64,000 bases of DNA from Eledone cirrhosa (GCA_964016885.1 CAXHJY010001509.1:1-64000); one strand, 5' to 3'. Counted from the first letter of the stretch, positions 27,980 to 41,033 are shown. The notes: generated by a model from the sequence alone, not told the origin. Made by a program: numbers and translations.

Positions 27980-28170
27980 AGGTATGACCCCGACGGCAGA
28001 GCTCAAGCCATTTCGACAGCTATTTCAGGACTAGTGTAGTCCTGAAATAGCCGTCGAAACGGCTTGAGCTCTGCCGTCGGGGTAATACCTTTTCCTATCA
28101 CCCACTCTACTACCCTAAGTATTGAGTACTCTGGTGCGTTATGGTCCACCTGGTTCCTTACCACAATTCC

Positions 28171-28172
<2 letters not shown>
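27976..28172 (+). mobile_element. PLE pLTR-like fragment with 119-bp foldback palindrome
   Basis: 27976-28033 is the reverse complement of 28037-28094 with about 3 mismatches; flanked by (TA)n. Confidence 0.7.
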
Positions 28173-28204
<32 letters not shown>

Positions 28205-28209
<5 letters not shown>

Positions 28210-28562
28210 TCATTTTACGTCCGCTTTTCCCTGCTTGCAAGGGTTGCTCGGGTCCTATTCAGCACAGCATCTCTCCACTTGTCACGGTCCTTCGTCATCT
28301 CCTCGGTGAGTTTCAGTTATCTCAGGTCTTCTGTCACCACCTCTGCCCATGTTTTGTGTGGTCTACCTCTACTGTGTCTTCCTTCTACTGAGATTTCTTG
28401 GCTCTTCTTTACCCAGCGGTCATCCTCCGCATCACATGAACTAACCATCTCAGCCTTCTCTCCTGCACATCACAACTTATACCCAGTCTCTTTCTCAACT
28501 CGTCTATGCTTGGTCATTCACACACATTGGCATTGCACATCCAACAGAGGATACTAGCTTCA
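28205..28562 (-). mobile_element. RTE LINE 3' end
   Basis: Minus strand encodes RR.RW..HV and GRP.KTW.EVV motifs; (GAT)n tail. Confidence 0.8.
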
Positions 28563-29129
28563 GGTTTAATTGTTATTCTCAGTCTGCCTGAGAACTCTGT
28601 TACAGATATACCTGTGTATGATGCTTAGCCACTCGTGAGTTAATTTCACAGGCAGGCTTTTCCATTGATCAAGTCAAACTTGAACACTCATTTTTTTTTT
28701 ATTGTAGAACCAGGGTCAGTTTCAGATGGTTTGTAATCAAACTTAATTAGCTTGACATTATTCTCAAAAGAGAAAAAGTTAGACTGGTAGGCAGAAGTGA
28801 CAAAAGGTTTCTAATTGCATAAGCATCATTAAATATAAGATTGTTAGAATTGTGATCTCATGTCATTACATAATAGATGTCAGACAATGTTGTATATCAT
28901 TATATTTTGATTGATGCAAAAGATTGTTTAGATTTCATGTTAAATACATGAGATATACTTATATTAGCATCATTATAATATTGATAGAGTTGAAATTTAT
29001 CCATATCTTTGTGAAACCTGTCAGACAATGTGATGCAACACCACAATATTTTTTTCTTGTCACAGATCTACTGGAGTAAGTAATGAGAGAGGTAATGAAG
29101 AATAACTTTGATATGGTGTTGTATAGTTT

Positions 29130-29700
29130 ATTGGCATGAGGCTATGCGATTCAGATTCTGTTGATAAAATTACAGCAATACAGTAGGTTGATGACTTCCA
29201 ATTTATTTTAACTGAAGCAGGTCTGCAAGTCAATCATGGTAAAATTCAAACTATGATTAGCTATTTTGGAATCATGATGGGAAGGTAAATTGGATATCAA
29301 CAGAACTGGGAGAAAATTCACTAGTTAGGGGCCACTTGCAAAACAGAATCTAAGATAATGGTACACAAGATCAATATATGGGTTATATCAGAATATCATT
29401 CATTACCTTAGATTCTACTGTTTAACTATAGTTTTTGACCCTTATTGAATGGATGGAGGAGTGTAAGGCAGGTAATCTTACCTCCATTAATCCAAATTAT
29501 TACAGGAACAGCAACCAAATCTTCAAAGCAATCAGTAAGGCTTTTCCTCAAATGGAAGCCAGAAGGTGGGCATAGAAAACAAACCAGACTGTCAAAACCT
29601 GGCTGAGGTTTGTAGGGGAAGATCTGGGAACAGGCCTGTGATAAGGCTTGCAATTATGAGGCTTGCAATTATGAGATCTCCAGTTGCCCAAAGCTCCATA
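29130..29700 (+). mobile_element. Highly decayed RTE-like LINE fragment
   Basis: Residual DDFQ and WKPEGGHRK..R..KTWLR motifs with many disablements. Confidence 0.45.
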
Positions 29701-30724
29701 AGGGGCAAATGGTGCTAAAAAGAATCAAGAACTATAAGCTTAATAGGCAGTGAATTTTCAGTCCTTAGAGCATTTATCCTGGCTTATTGCTCTCTAAATT
29801 AAAATCCTGCTGAGGAATACTTTGCCTTTCATCCTTTCAAGATCAGTATATAAAGTACCAGTTCAGAGATGGTGAATTGGATGTTTTGTGCTTTTTAGGT
29901 TCAAATTGCACCTCTTTTGCCAAGAGTTGCAACTGGCAAATAGTAACAGCAATGGAAAGACCAATGGAAACATTGGTCTGATCTTCCTTTCTTTCCTTTT
30001 CTTTCTTTTGATAAACATCTCAGCTTCTTTAATAAGAATTTAAAACATTCCATCATATGTGAAAAGCTTTTGGTATATTATATACCAAACTCTGAATTAA
30101 TATAGTAATTAATCAAAAAATTAAATATTTTATTTAATCCCTTCAAATTCTTGATTATCTTGATTATCTTTATGAGAACTGTGGATATCTCTAAAAATAT
30201 GGTTATGAGAGGGTTAAATTTATGTTTTAGTGAATGGCAGTGATACTGAGTTGCTTTAAGTGATAAGCTAACTGATTAAATTAGGTTATCAGTAAATACT
30301 AGTCTGTTTTTGATTTTTCTAAGTTTGCATTGGAAAGCCTTAATGAGAGAAGAAACATGCAAGTCAGGAATGGCTGAATATAGTGGCAGAAAGAAAAGCA
30401 TATATGACTATGAGAAGAAATGTCCATAATTGATTGAGAACCATAATAGAAGCTTTCAATCAATGAAACATTACAGATCATGTTTATTGATAATCAAATT
30501 AGTAAATGCAGTGCTGGTATCAGCACTGTTTAGTTGTAATTACTGAAACCTTGATTTGGCCTGCATAAGGCAGGCCTAAAACCAACATAATTGCTGAGAT
30601 AGGCTTCATACATCAGTGGATCTAATATCACTGGGTAAAAAAAAAAAAAAAGTTAATTTCAAATAATCAAAAAATTGAGATAATAATTGTACATATACCA
30701 ATGGCCAAATAATGAGGATACTAG

Positions 30725-30987
30725 TACATGGAAGGAATGTAATCCATTCAAGGAATATGATACATGGAAGGAATGTAATACATGGAAGGAATATAATACA
30801 TGGAAGGAATATAATACATGGAAGGAATATAATACATGGAAGGAATATAATACATGGAAGGAATATAATACATGGTAGGAATATAATACATGGTAGGAAT
30901 ATAATACATGGTAGGAATATAATACATGGTAGGAATATAATACATGGTAGGAATATAATACATGGTAGGAATATAATACATGGAATG
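30725..30987. repeat. 18-bp minisatellite (TACATGG[A/T]AGGAATATAA), about 14 units
   Basis: Visible directly. Confidence 0.97.
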
Positions 30988-31899
30988 AATGTACTATTCT
31001 CCTTAATTAGTGAGAGCACTAACACAGCAAATGTGTATCATATCATCATCATTTTAACATCATCTTTCCCTACTAGCAAGGGTTGGACGTGTCTACATAG
31101 ATCAAGTCAGTACTGAAGCGGGGCCACTGATCTCCCAGGCAGCCCAGGATTCTGTGCCTCAATACTCCATTGAGTACACAACCGAAAGGTTGTCATGTCT
31201 TTGACACAATTCCAACCCTTTATTTGGCAATATTTCTATTATGATTGGATGCCCTTCCTAACACTAACCACTTCACAACGTGTATTGTGTATGTTTATTA
31301 TGTTCATCACCAACACTAAGGAGGTTGTTATGTCTCTGGTATGACTGAGGGTTCTACCAGCCCTTTAAACCCATGTATAGTATATTTACATATAATAAAC
31401 ACACATGTAATTTGTCTACATTTTAAGCTGAAATCATGTCACAGATATCTCAGAATAGGGGTAAACTTGGTGAATTCATGTCATTACAGTTCATCATTGA
31501 TAAATTATGTACTAGATTACTTGGGGTGATATGATCAAATAAATCAAGAGCATGCCCCAGCATGAGCTCAGTCTACTGACTGAAGCTAGTCAGATGACAT
31601 ACACACACATATGTGTTGGTGTCCGAAACGTGAAGACTTTTCCTTCTATATCAAGCATTAAACATTTTTCTTCATTGTACTATGTTTTTTTTTGTTGTTT
31701 CCATCTACTTTTTGCATATATATATATATATACATACATACACACACAGACACACATACATAAATACACACACATAAATAAATACATACACATCTATACA
31801 TATATATTTATATAAAGGATAAAAAAAATCGTTATAGGTAATCCAATTAGAGGTTGTGAATACTTATTATGGATAGCTTTAGCGTACAGCGTTCTTGAC

Positions 31900-33332
31900 T
31901 CAACAATGATTCAGCCCAATTACAGACATTGTTGGAATGTATATAGCATATTTCTCACTTAGAGAATTTGATAACCTACAAGGAGGAATCTATAGAGACG
32001 ATACACTACTTTTAGCTAAAAACTTAAATAATCAAAACTTAGAAAGATTAAGGAAAATGATTAGAAAATTCTTTAATAATTTAGGCCTTAACATCACTTT
32101 TGAACCCAACTCTAAAAAAGCTAATTTCTTAGATGTATCGCTCAACCTTAACTCAGGACTAATAGAACCCTTCCATAAAAATAATGAAAATTTAGCTTAC
32201 ATTGATTATAACTCTAATCACCCTCGATCCATAATTATCTCCATAGCACATAGTATATCCCTTAGAATATCATGCCTATCTTCTAACCTAGAAATTTTTA
32301 ATGAACACGCTAACTACTACAACACAGCTTTACTTAAGGCAGACCATAAAGAAAGACTCAAATACATACCAGATACAAAAAAAAACATCACTATTAATAG
32401 CACCATCCACACATATAGAAACAACAAACCTAGAACTAAACATAAAAATTGGCAACATGCACGTAAATTAAAGGAACAGAATACTAATACAAAGACCACT
32501 AATAACTATAGAAGATGCAGAAATAGAAACTACTTATGGTTCAATCCTATGTTTAACTCCTCTATAAAAACTAAGCTTCCTTACACTTTCTTCAAATTAG
32601 TTGACAAACATTTCCCTAAAATTCATAAATATCATAAAATCTTTAATAGAAAAACTATCAAACTATCATACTCCACTGCCAACAACATAGAATCGCACAT
32701 ACACAAAATTAACTATAAAATAATTTAATACAAGTGGCCCACAAATAAGTACCATAACACCTAATACAAAACACAAGCATATAATATCATCACAACCAAA
32801 CACACGTCAGAGCACATCACCACAATACATCAACAAACCCAATTCTCAGCCCATACATAGCAACCTGCAAAACCATTTAGAAGAACCGGCGCATAGAAAA
32901 GCATCTAAATGTAACTGCCACCTACCTGACAAATGCCCTTTACAAAACAAATGCCTAGAGACAAATATAGTATACCTATGTACTATAAATCCAAGTAGCT
33001 TAGCATGGCATTACATTGGTTCCACAGCTGGAGAGTTTAAGAAAAGGTGGTACTTTCATAGACACTCTATGACTAACAGGAATCTCTCAAAGACAACGAC
33101 TCTCTCCAATAAAATCTGGCAACTTAAAGATGCAAACATAGAATATAAAATCAGCTGGACAAAGCTATCAAAAGCAAAGGCCTATCAAATTGGTATGTCC
33201 CACTGTGGTCTCTGTAGTATGGAACTTTTTCAAATTTTAAATTACAAGATTCTTCTTAACAGGAAAATTGATAAAAACATTTTTTGTCGACATAAATCAG
33301 CAACTAGATTTGAGAACTTTAGACCAGCTTAA
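31900..33332 (+). pseudogene. Penelope-like retroelement, 5'-truncated: RT C-terminal part plus Cys-rich linker and GIY-YIG endonuclease; stop and frameshift between domains
   Basis: GIYRDD, NFLDVSLNL, YIDYNSNHP, RNRNYLWFNP (31937-32728). In another frame from 32907: KCNCHLPDKCPLQNKCLETNIVY...HYIGST..EFKKRW..H...LSNKIWQLK...CGLC..E...LLNR...CRHK. Confidence 0.92.
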
Positions 33333-35021
33333 TTCCATCTTATCTATTCAATAACCCAGATTGTACCACTTGGATCTATTATGATATCACATTATCAACA
33401 TCATCAACATTATAATTATAACTATAATTGTCATCATCTATCAAAGAACAACATCAAAACCTCTTATATTTACATTCTTATTTTATATATATATATATTT
33501 TCACTCTTTATCTTAATATGTCTCTCCCTAAATTTATCTCATATCTGTCATTCTATTTTATCATATAATATAACTTAAAACTAATTAATTGATTTATTTA
33601 TTAAAATAACCAATACACACATAAATATATTTAACATTACCCTATTTTCACCATTTTTTCATAAATTTTTTTATATATATTTTTTTATTTACATTTATTT
33701 ACGCATTAACATTTATTCATCTATTTGTACCTCTATCCTTCTCTTCTCTCTATCATGTTTATTCTTATTTACGTTTGTGTCTCATTTATATACCATCATA
33801 TTCTATATATCTTCCTCTCTTTATATTTCTATCTATAATAATTTCTCCTTTTTTTTCTTTTTCTTCTTTTTACTTCCTTTCCTTTCTTTCTTTACTGTAT
33901 CTATCTCCGTTTCTTCCTCCTTTTCTCTCTATATCTTTATTATTAATATTATTATTGATGATGTAATTTGAATTTGTAAATGTGCTGGTTACACATGTTT
34001 TGTTCAGTTTCCAATGATCTAGTAGAGTTATCATCGTATTTAAAATTGAGTGGCACTGCTTTTAGTGTTCAGCAATTTTTAGACAACTCTATCAGTGAAA
34101 CAATTGTTAGACTGCAAATAAATCCCCTTTTTTGTACTGTTGACCATGTTATTCTCCACCTTTTCTGCAAGCATTAAAATGATGATGATGATGATTATAT
34201 ATATATATATATACACACACATACATACATAAGTGGGTTAGTGTATATCATATGTGCTATACAACATTGTTATTTCCTTCTAACAATATTTTAACTTGTT
34301 TCTCTTGATTGAAGCCAAAGTAATTCTTACATCCAATACATTCCTGTTTCTTTTTTTGTTCATTATCAATTTATTATTATCATCATCATTGCTCTTTTCG
34401 ATATATATGTTGTTAATAATTATTATTTTCATGAAATAGTTTCATTATCAGCATCATTTTAATAATTATTTCTATTTATTTTTGCTGTTATGTTTTCTTG
34501 AATTATTATTATTATTAGTTTGGTTTCGTTATATTATTATTATTATTATTATTATTAATATTTCTTATTGTTACTATTATTATTATCATCAGCAATTTTC
34601 ATCATCTATTATCATTGTTAATAATATTACTATCACTCATTACTACTACTACTACAACTATCAATACTACTATCGATTTTCATTATCAATTATCATTGTT
34701 ATTGTTATTTATAAAAATCAATTATTATTATTGCCATGTCCTTTACTTTATTTCTTGAACAATGAAAAGGAGGCAATTAAACTGTTGATGGTAGAAATTT
34801 AATTTTGTGAATGTACTAAGACTAAAAATGTAAACAACAACAACAATACTATACTATACAAAGCATAAATGAACAAAGATATTTTCTTCAATTCTACAGA
34901 AAACTTTAACTTGCACATCAATTGTATTTATTTAGTTTGTTCAAATATTCCAGTATAAACATTATTATTGTTATGGATAGATAGCTAAATAAATACACAG
35001 AAAGATATATGTATACACACA

Positions 35022-35330
35022 TCCTCATCATTTCATTTTACGTCCGCTTTTTCCCTGCTTGCAAGGGTGGGACGGGAACTGATTCTGGCTCGATTCGACA
35101 GCAGGATGCCCTTCCTAACACCAACCGCATTTACAGTGAGTTGTGGGTGCTTTTTTGCCGTAGCACCTCCACGACCATTTTGCAGTGGAATCATATGGAC
35201 CCCAATCCCTATCATCTCATTTCTACAGCTGAGTAAACTAGAGCAATGTGAAATAAAGTGTCTTGCTCAAGGAAACAACACATCAGCCAGTCTAAGAATT
35301 GAACTCACAACCTTTCGATTGCAAGGCCAA
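35022..35330 (-). mobile_element. SINE family B (CORE-like core plus RTE-derived tail), 5' end clipped
   Basis: Matches 41034-41378 in reverse. Confidence 0.9.
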
Positions 35331-35351
35331 CATATATATGTATATATATAT

Positions 35352-36028
35352 TGTGCAGAGGATCTGTGCAGACTGGAGAGGAACGAAGCTTGCATGCTCC
35401 GTTGGATATGTAGTAGTAATATACGTGAACGGCAAAGCATAAATGAACTAAGTGAGAAATTAGGAATAAGAGGGATCAGATGCTGTTTACTCAAGAGAAG
35501 ACTACGTTGATATGGTCACGTGATACGCATGAAAGACGAGAGCTGTATGAAAAAAGTGCAGGGCGATCAAAATAGATGGAAGCTACGGAGTAGGCAGACC
35601 CAGAAAAACCTGGGACGATTTGATAAATTCCGACCTTACACACACCTCTCCAAGACAATGTCACTGGACCGAGATCTTTGGCATTACGCAGTAATACAGA
35701 AGACCCGCCTTGCCTAAGTACAAAGCGAAACCTACAGTCAGTAGGCACCTCCTAACCAAAAATACACCCGCATCCCACTACCCCTACCCTTTCTCTGTAA
35801 AGTTATGTTGGTACCACAGCATCCAGTCCTAAATAAATGAGGTCGTGTAGGTGTCACAGCAAAAAAAAAAACAGTCGACACTGTAATGTGGCCGTGTAGG
35901 TAACACGGTAAAAAACCTCCCAGTCCACACTGTAAACGTGGTTGGTGTTAGGAAGGGCATCCAGCCGTAGAAAACCTGCCAGACAGTCCTATACGAGCAA
36001 GACAACCAATCTTGCCTGAAATGGGACA
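35352..36028 (+). mobile_element. RTE LINE 3' fragment, subfamily A; terminal tail missing
   Basis: CAEDLCRLERNEACMLRW...RRLR; aligns with 39601-40300. Confidence 0.92.
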
Positions 36029-37582
36029 GTGAGTGAGTGAGTGAGTGAGTGAGTGAGTGAGTGAGTGAGTGAGTGAGTGAGTGAGTGAGTGAGTGAGTGA
36101 GTGAGTGAGTGAGTGAGTGAGTGAGTGAGTGAGTGAGTGAGTGAGTGAGTGAGTGAGTGAGTGAGTGAGTGAGTGAGTGAGTGAGTGAGTGAGTGAGTGA
36201 GTGAGTGAGTGAGTGAGTGAGTGAGTGAGTGAGTGAGTGAGTGAGTGAGTGAGTGAGTGAGTGAGTGAGTGAGTGAGTGAGTGAGTGAGTGAGTGAGTGA
36301 GTGAGTGAGTGAGTGAGTGAGTGAGTGAGTGAGTGAGTGAGTGAGTGAGTGAGTGAGTGAGTGAGTGAGTGAGTGAGTGAGTGAGTGAGTGAGTGAGTGA
36401 GTGAGTGAGTGAGTGAGTGAGTGAGTGAGTGAGTGAGTGAGTGAGTGAGTGAGTGAGTGAGTGAGTGAGTGAGTGAGTGAGTGAGTGAGTGAGTGAGTGA
36501 GTGAGTGAGTGAGTGAGTGAGTGAGTGAGTGAGTGAGTGAGTGAGTGAGTGAGTGAGTGAGTGAGTGAGTGAGTGAGTGAGTGAGTGAGTGAGTGAGTGA
36601 GTGAGTGAGTGAGTGAGTGAGTGAGTGAGTGAGTGAGTGAGTGAGTGAGTGAGTGAGTGAGTGAGTGAGTGAGTGAGTGAGTGAGTGAGTGAGTGAGTGA
36701 GTGAGTGAGTGAGTGAGTGAGTGAGTGAGTGAGTGAGTGAGTGAGTGAGTGAGTGAGTGAGTGAGTGAGTGAGTGAGTGAGTGAGTGAGTGAGTGAGTGA
36801 GTGAGTGAGTGAGTGAGTGAGTGAGTGAGTGAGTGAGTGAGTGAGTGAGTGAGTGAGTGAGTGAGTGAGTGAGTGAGTGAGTGAGTGAGTGAGTGAGTGA
36901 GTGAGTGAGTGAGTGAGTGAGTGAGTGAGTGAGTGAGTGAGTGAGTGAGTGAGTGAGTGAGTGAGTGAGTGAGTGAGTGAGTGAGTGAGTGAGTGAGTGA
37001 GTGAGTGAGTGAGTGAGTGAGTGAGTGAGTGAGTGAGTGAGTGAGTGAGTGAGTGAGTGAGTGAGTGAGTGAGTGAGTGAGTGAGTGAGTGAGTGAGTGA
37101 GTGAGTGAGTGAGTGAGTGAGTGAGTGAGTGAGTGAGTGAGTGAGTGAGTGAGTGAGTGAGTGAGTGAGTGAGTGAGTGAGTGAGTGAGTGAGTGAGTGA
37201 GTGAGTGAGTGAGTGAGTGAGTGAGTGAGTGAGTGAGTGAGTGAGTGAGTGAGTGAGTGAGTGAGTGAGTGAGTGAGTGAGTGAGTGAGTGAGTGAGTGA
37301 GTGAGTGAGTGAGTGAGTGAGTGAGTGAGTGAGTGAGTGAGTGAGTGAGTGAGTGAGTGAGTGAGTGAGTGAGTGAGTGAGTGAGTGAGTGAGTGAGTGA
37401 GTGAGTGAGTGAGTGAGTGAGTGAGTGAGTGAGTGAGTGAGTGAGTGAGTGAGTGAGTGAGTGAGTGAGTGAGTGAGTGAGTGAGTGAGTGAGTGAGTGA
37501 GTGAGCGAGCGAGCGAGCGAGCGAGCGAGCGAGCGAGCGAGCGAGCGAGCGAGCGAGCGAGCGAGTGAGCGAGCGAGTGAGC
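36029..37582. repeat. About 1.47-kb pure (GTGA)n array ending in about 60 bp of (GAGC)n
   Basis: Visible directly. Confidence 0.99.
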
Positions 37583-37604
37583 ATATATATATATATATGT
37601 ATAG

Positions 37605-37817
37605 TGTTAAAATGCTGGGAGTTTATATCCGTAGTAAGTCCAAAGAACGAGTTTGGTATAGAGTTAGTTCCACAACAATTTAGCAAACCATATTCGACGA
37701 TGCGCATTTCACCGATTTTCAACCTGTATATAGCCTAACCATACACAGGTTGAAAATCAGCTAGGTGAAATGCACGTCCTTGAGTATGGTTTGCTAATTT
37801 GTAGTGGAGCTAACTCT
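37605..37817 (-). mobile_element. PLE pLTR-like fragment with about 158-bp foldback palindrome (37660-37817)
   Basis: Arms AGAGTTAGTTCCAC...AACCTGTATAT and ATACACAGGTT...GTGGAGCTAACTCT; each arm carries GAAA-TGC(G/A)C(A/G)-TC. Confidence 0.6.
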
Positions 37818-38479
37818 CTCTCTCATATATATATATATAAGAGTGTATAAATATTGGTTGCTTTTTCATTGTGGTACAAACACAGGCACCTATAGGGTGG
37901 ATGGGGTGTTTTTTGCCATTTCACCAGCACCATACAGAGTGGCCTAAGGCCTTGTTTGGGGTGTCAGGGCCATGGGAGAGCAGCTGAGGAACATGTTCAG
38001 CTTTCCAGACTTGTATTCATGGGCTGGAAAGTTAAATAGGTTGTTAACAGGTGGCCTAGAGGTCTAGATCACACAGCAGCCTGCCACTCACACATGATCC
38101 CATGCTCTATCAAGTGCATTAATTCCTTAAATTTATACTTTTAGGAATCTTTAATATAAAAAAAATGAATAGGGTATATTGGAAAACAAGAATAAAACAA
38201 TTACCATAACAATCAATAAGAATTGATAATTATACCTAAATAGAAATAGCAGTTAAGTAATGTTGTCATTTTGCCAATACAAAAGATTTACATATGTAAT
38301 ACATTCAGTTAAAAAAAACAAAAAACGGATGTAAATAGTGGAATTATAATTTCAATCTGGTGTCACTCCATTGACAATAGAAATATTGGAAAAATATTTA
38401 TAAAATGTATTTAGTTGATGGAAGATTTCAGTTGGGTTTTAGATATAGACAAAATACTTAAACTGTAAAAATAATTCTC

Positions 38480-38633
38480 AGTAAAAGCTTTATCTCACAT
38501 GATATCGAATCTATGAGATTTTGATATTTATTTTGAGAACAATACCTTAACATAAGTATGAGTGACTGTTTACAGTTGGTTTGAACTGAAAGCGGTGAGA
38601 AAACTGGATACAGCCAGTTTAAATGCTAAAGGG
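38480..38633. mobile_element. piggyBac-like MITE, right part
   Basis: Homologous to 9821-9994; ends AATGCTAAAGGG-TTAA. Confidence 0.75.
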
Positions 38634-38918
38634 TTAATATGTATGGATATTTGTGAATGTGTATGAATGTGTGTATTCTATGCATATTCTATGCATCTGT
38701 GTGTCTAAGTGATTGCTTGTAACGTTATTATAGTTGAATCTGCTCTTTTCAAATAAGATATCAACTTGACATTTGATTGACACAATTCTTAGATTGTTGG
38801 ACAAACGCTATATCGTATTTTGTGATGATTCATTATGTTCTGAGTTCAAATCTTGCTGAGGTCAAATTCAAGTGAGCCCCTCCCCTCAGGTTGTTACAGG
38901 TTTCTATGTATAGTCTAT

Positions 38919-39097
38919 AATTGTTTCTACTATTGGCACAAGGCCAGCAATTACCCAGTACATTACTGGTACTTTATTTTATCGACCCCGTAAGGATGAA
39001 AGGCAAAGTTAACCTCGGCGGGATTTGAACTCAGAATGGCAAGGGCCGTAAATCTATGCGTCAAACAAGGCGTCTGGCCCTCTACCGATACTGCCAA
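38919..39097 (-). mobile_element. SINE family A, TSD TCTATAAT
   Basis: Core match. Confidence 0.9.
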
Positions 39098-39351
39098 TTA
39101 ATCTATAATGCAACCTAGACATATGTGTATGGAGTCATGATAAAGGAGAGAAAGAAGGAATGAAAGAGAGAAAGAAAGAATGAAAGAGAGAAAGAAAGAA
39201 TGAAAGAGAAAGAAAGAAAGAAGAGGAGGTCTGTCTACACCATCCATCACATACAGAACAAGAAAAATGACAGTTGATAGGGAATGTATAACTTCAATAC
39301 AGACTTGATCCAAAGTGACATGTATAACAATATATAACAATATATAACAAT

Positions 39352-40361
39352 ATGAGCTCTTTCAATTGCGCAGAGGGTTCTATAGAAATAGTGGACAGTT
39401 TCCGTTACCTGGGTGATAAAATCAGCAGTGGGGGAGGGTGCTCTGAAAGTACAGTAGCTAGAGTCAGGACTGGTTGGAAAAAGTTCAGAGAGCTTATACC
39501 ACTATTAGCTGCAAAAGGGTTCTCCCTAAAAATGAAAGGCAGGTTGTACGATGCCTGCATACGAACAGCAATGTTGCATGGCAGTGAGACCTGGGCATTG
39601 TGTGCAGAGGATATACGCAGACTAGAGAGGAACGAAGCTTGCATGCTCCGCTGGATGTGTAACAGTAATATACGTGAACGGCAAAGCATAAACGAACTAA
39701 GGAAAAAATTAGAAATAAGAGGGATCAAATGTTGTTTACTCGAGAGAAGGCTACGTTGGTATGGACACGTGATGCGCATGAAAGTCGATAGCTGTATAAC
39801 AAAGTGCAGGGCAATAAAGATAGACGGTAGCCACGGAATAGGCAGACCTAGAAAAACCTGGGACGAGCTGATAAACTCCGACCTCACACACTTACACCTC
39901 TCCAAGACAATGTCACTGGACCGAGACCTTTGGCGGTACTCAGTAACAGAGAAGACCCGCCTTACCTAAATACATAGTAAAACCTACTACAGCCAGTAGG
40001 CATCTCTAACAAAATACCCCCCCCCCCCCGTCCCACCACCCCCACCCCATCCACGCCACCCCGTTCTATGTAAAGTTGTGTTGGTGCCACACCATCCAGG
40101 CCGAAACAAAGGAGATCGTGTAGGTGTCACGACAAAAAAACACACAGTCCACGCTGTAATGTGGCCGTGTAGGCAACACGGTAAAAACCTCCCAGACCCA
40201 CACCGTAAATGTGGTTGGTGTTAGGAAGGGCATCCAAATGTAGAAAACCTGCCAGACAGTCCTATGCGAGCAAGACAATCACTCTTGCCTCAAGTGGGAC
40301 TACCCCCGTCCAAACCCATGCAAGCGTGGAACACGGACGTTAAACGTTGATGATGATGATG
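39352..40361 (+). mobile_element. RTE LINE, 5'-truncated; ORF C-terminus open over 39352-39969, then 3' UTR and (GAT)n tail
   Basis: IEIVDSFRYLGD...RVRTGWKKFREL...KGRLYDACIRTAMLHGSETW...[12 protein letters not shown]...GRPRKTWDE. Confidence 0.96.
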
Positions 40362-40550
40362 AGAGTTCTTCAGCTGGAAGAAAAATATATTTCAGTTTTC
40401 ATAATAGGTTCAAATATTTCATTTGCAGAATCTCTAATGACATTTCAGGGTGACCTCACATAACTGTGCCAAAACTTTCTTCCAAAAATCAAAGACTTCC
40501 TGAGTCCATCATTGCACACACCAAAAGTGATAATCTAGGCACCAAAAATG

Positions 40551-40597
<47 letters not shown>

Positions 40598-41033
40598 GGT
40601 ATGAATCGAAGTTGTAGCTGCCATATTAGAAAGTTATTTGAGGCAATCACAAAGCAATCAATGGATCAAAAAGCTAAACTGTATTGTCCGAAGTAAAACA
40701 GTTAAAAAGTATGATACCAAGAAAAACTACCAAATACAGTGGCCATACTTATACCACAACAAAGAATACAAAAAGGTATATATATTATACATACTATACT
40801 TAAAATTTCATACTGTTAACATGTTCTGGTATTCAATGAAAGGGTAGTTTTGAAATGGCTCCCCCACTATACAGTGGAGGCCATAACTGGACCCCAATAC
40901 CTAAGGTTGCACATACATGTTAAAAGTATGAAATTTCAAGTATACTAAATAAGCTCGCTTGTAATGGATTGAGTATTGTTTTTCTTGGCTTTTTAATTAC
41001 TGATACACACACATATCTATATATATATATATA

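Noticed and set aside
30606-31116. Repetitive PCIIFL / HGRNII peptides
   Set aside because: Product of the 18-bp minisatellite; no splice or homology support.
36029-37504. Interstitial telomeric repeat
   Set aside because: Unit is GTGA, not TTAGGG.
35989-37722. 577-aa ORF
   Set aside because: Translation of (TCAC)n (HSLT repeats).
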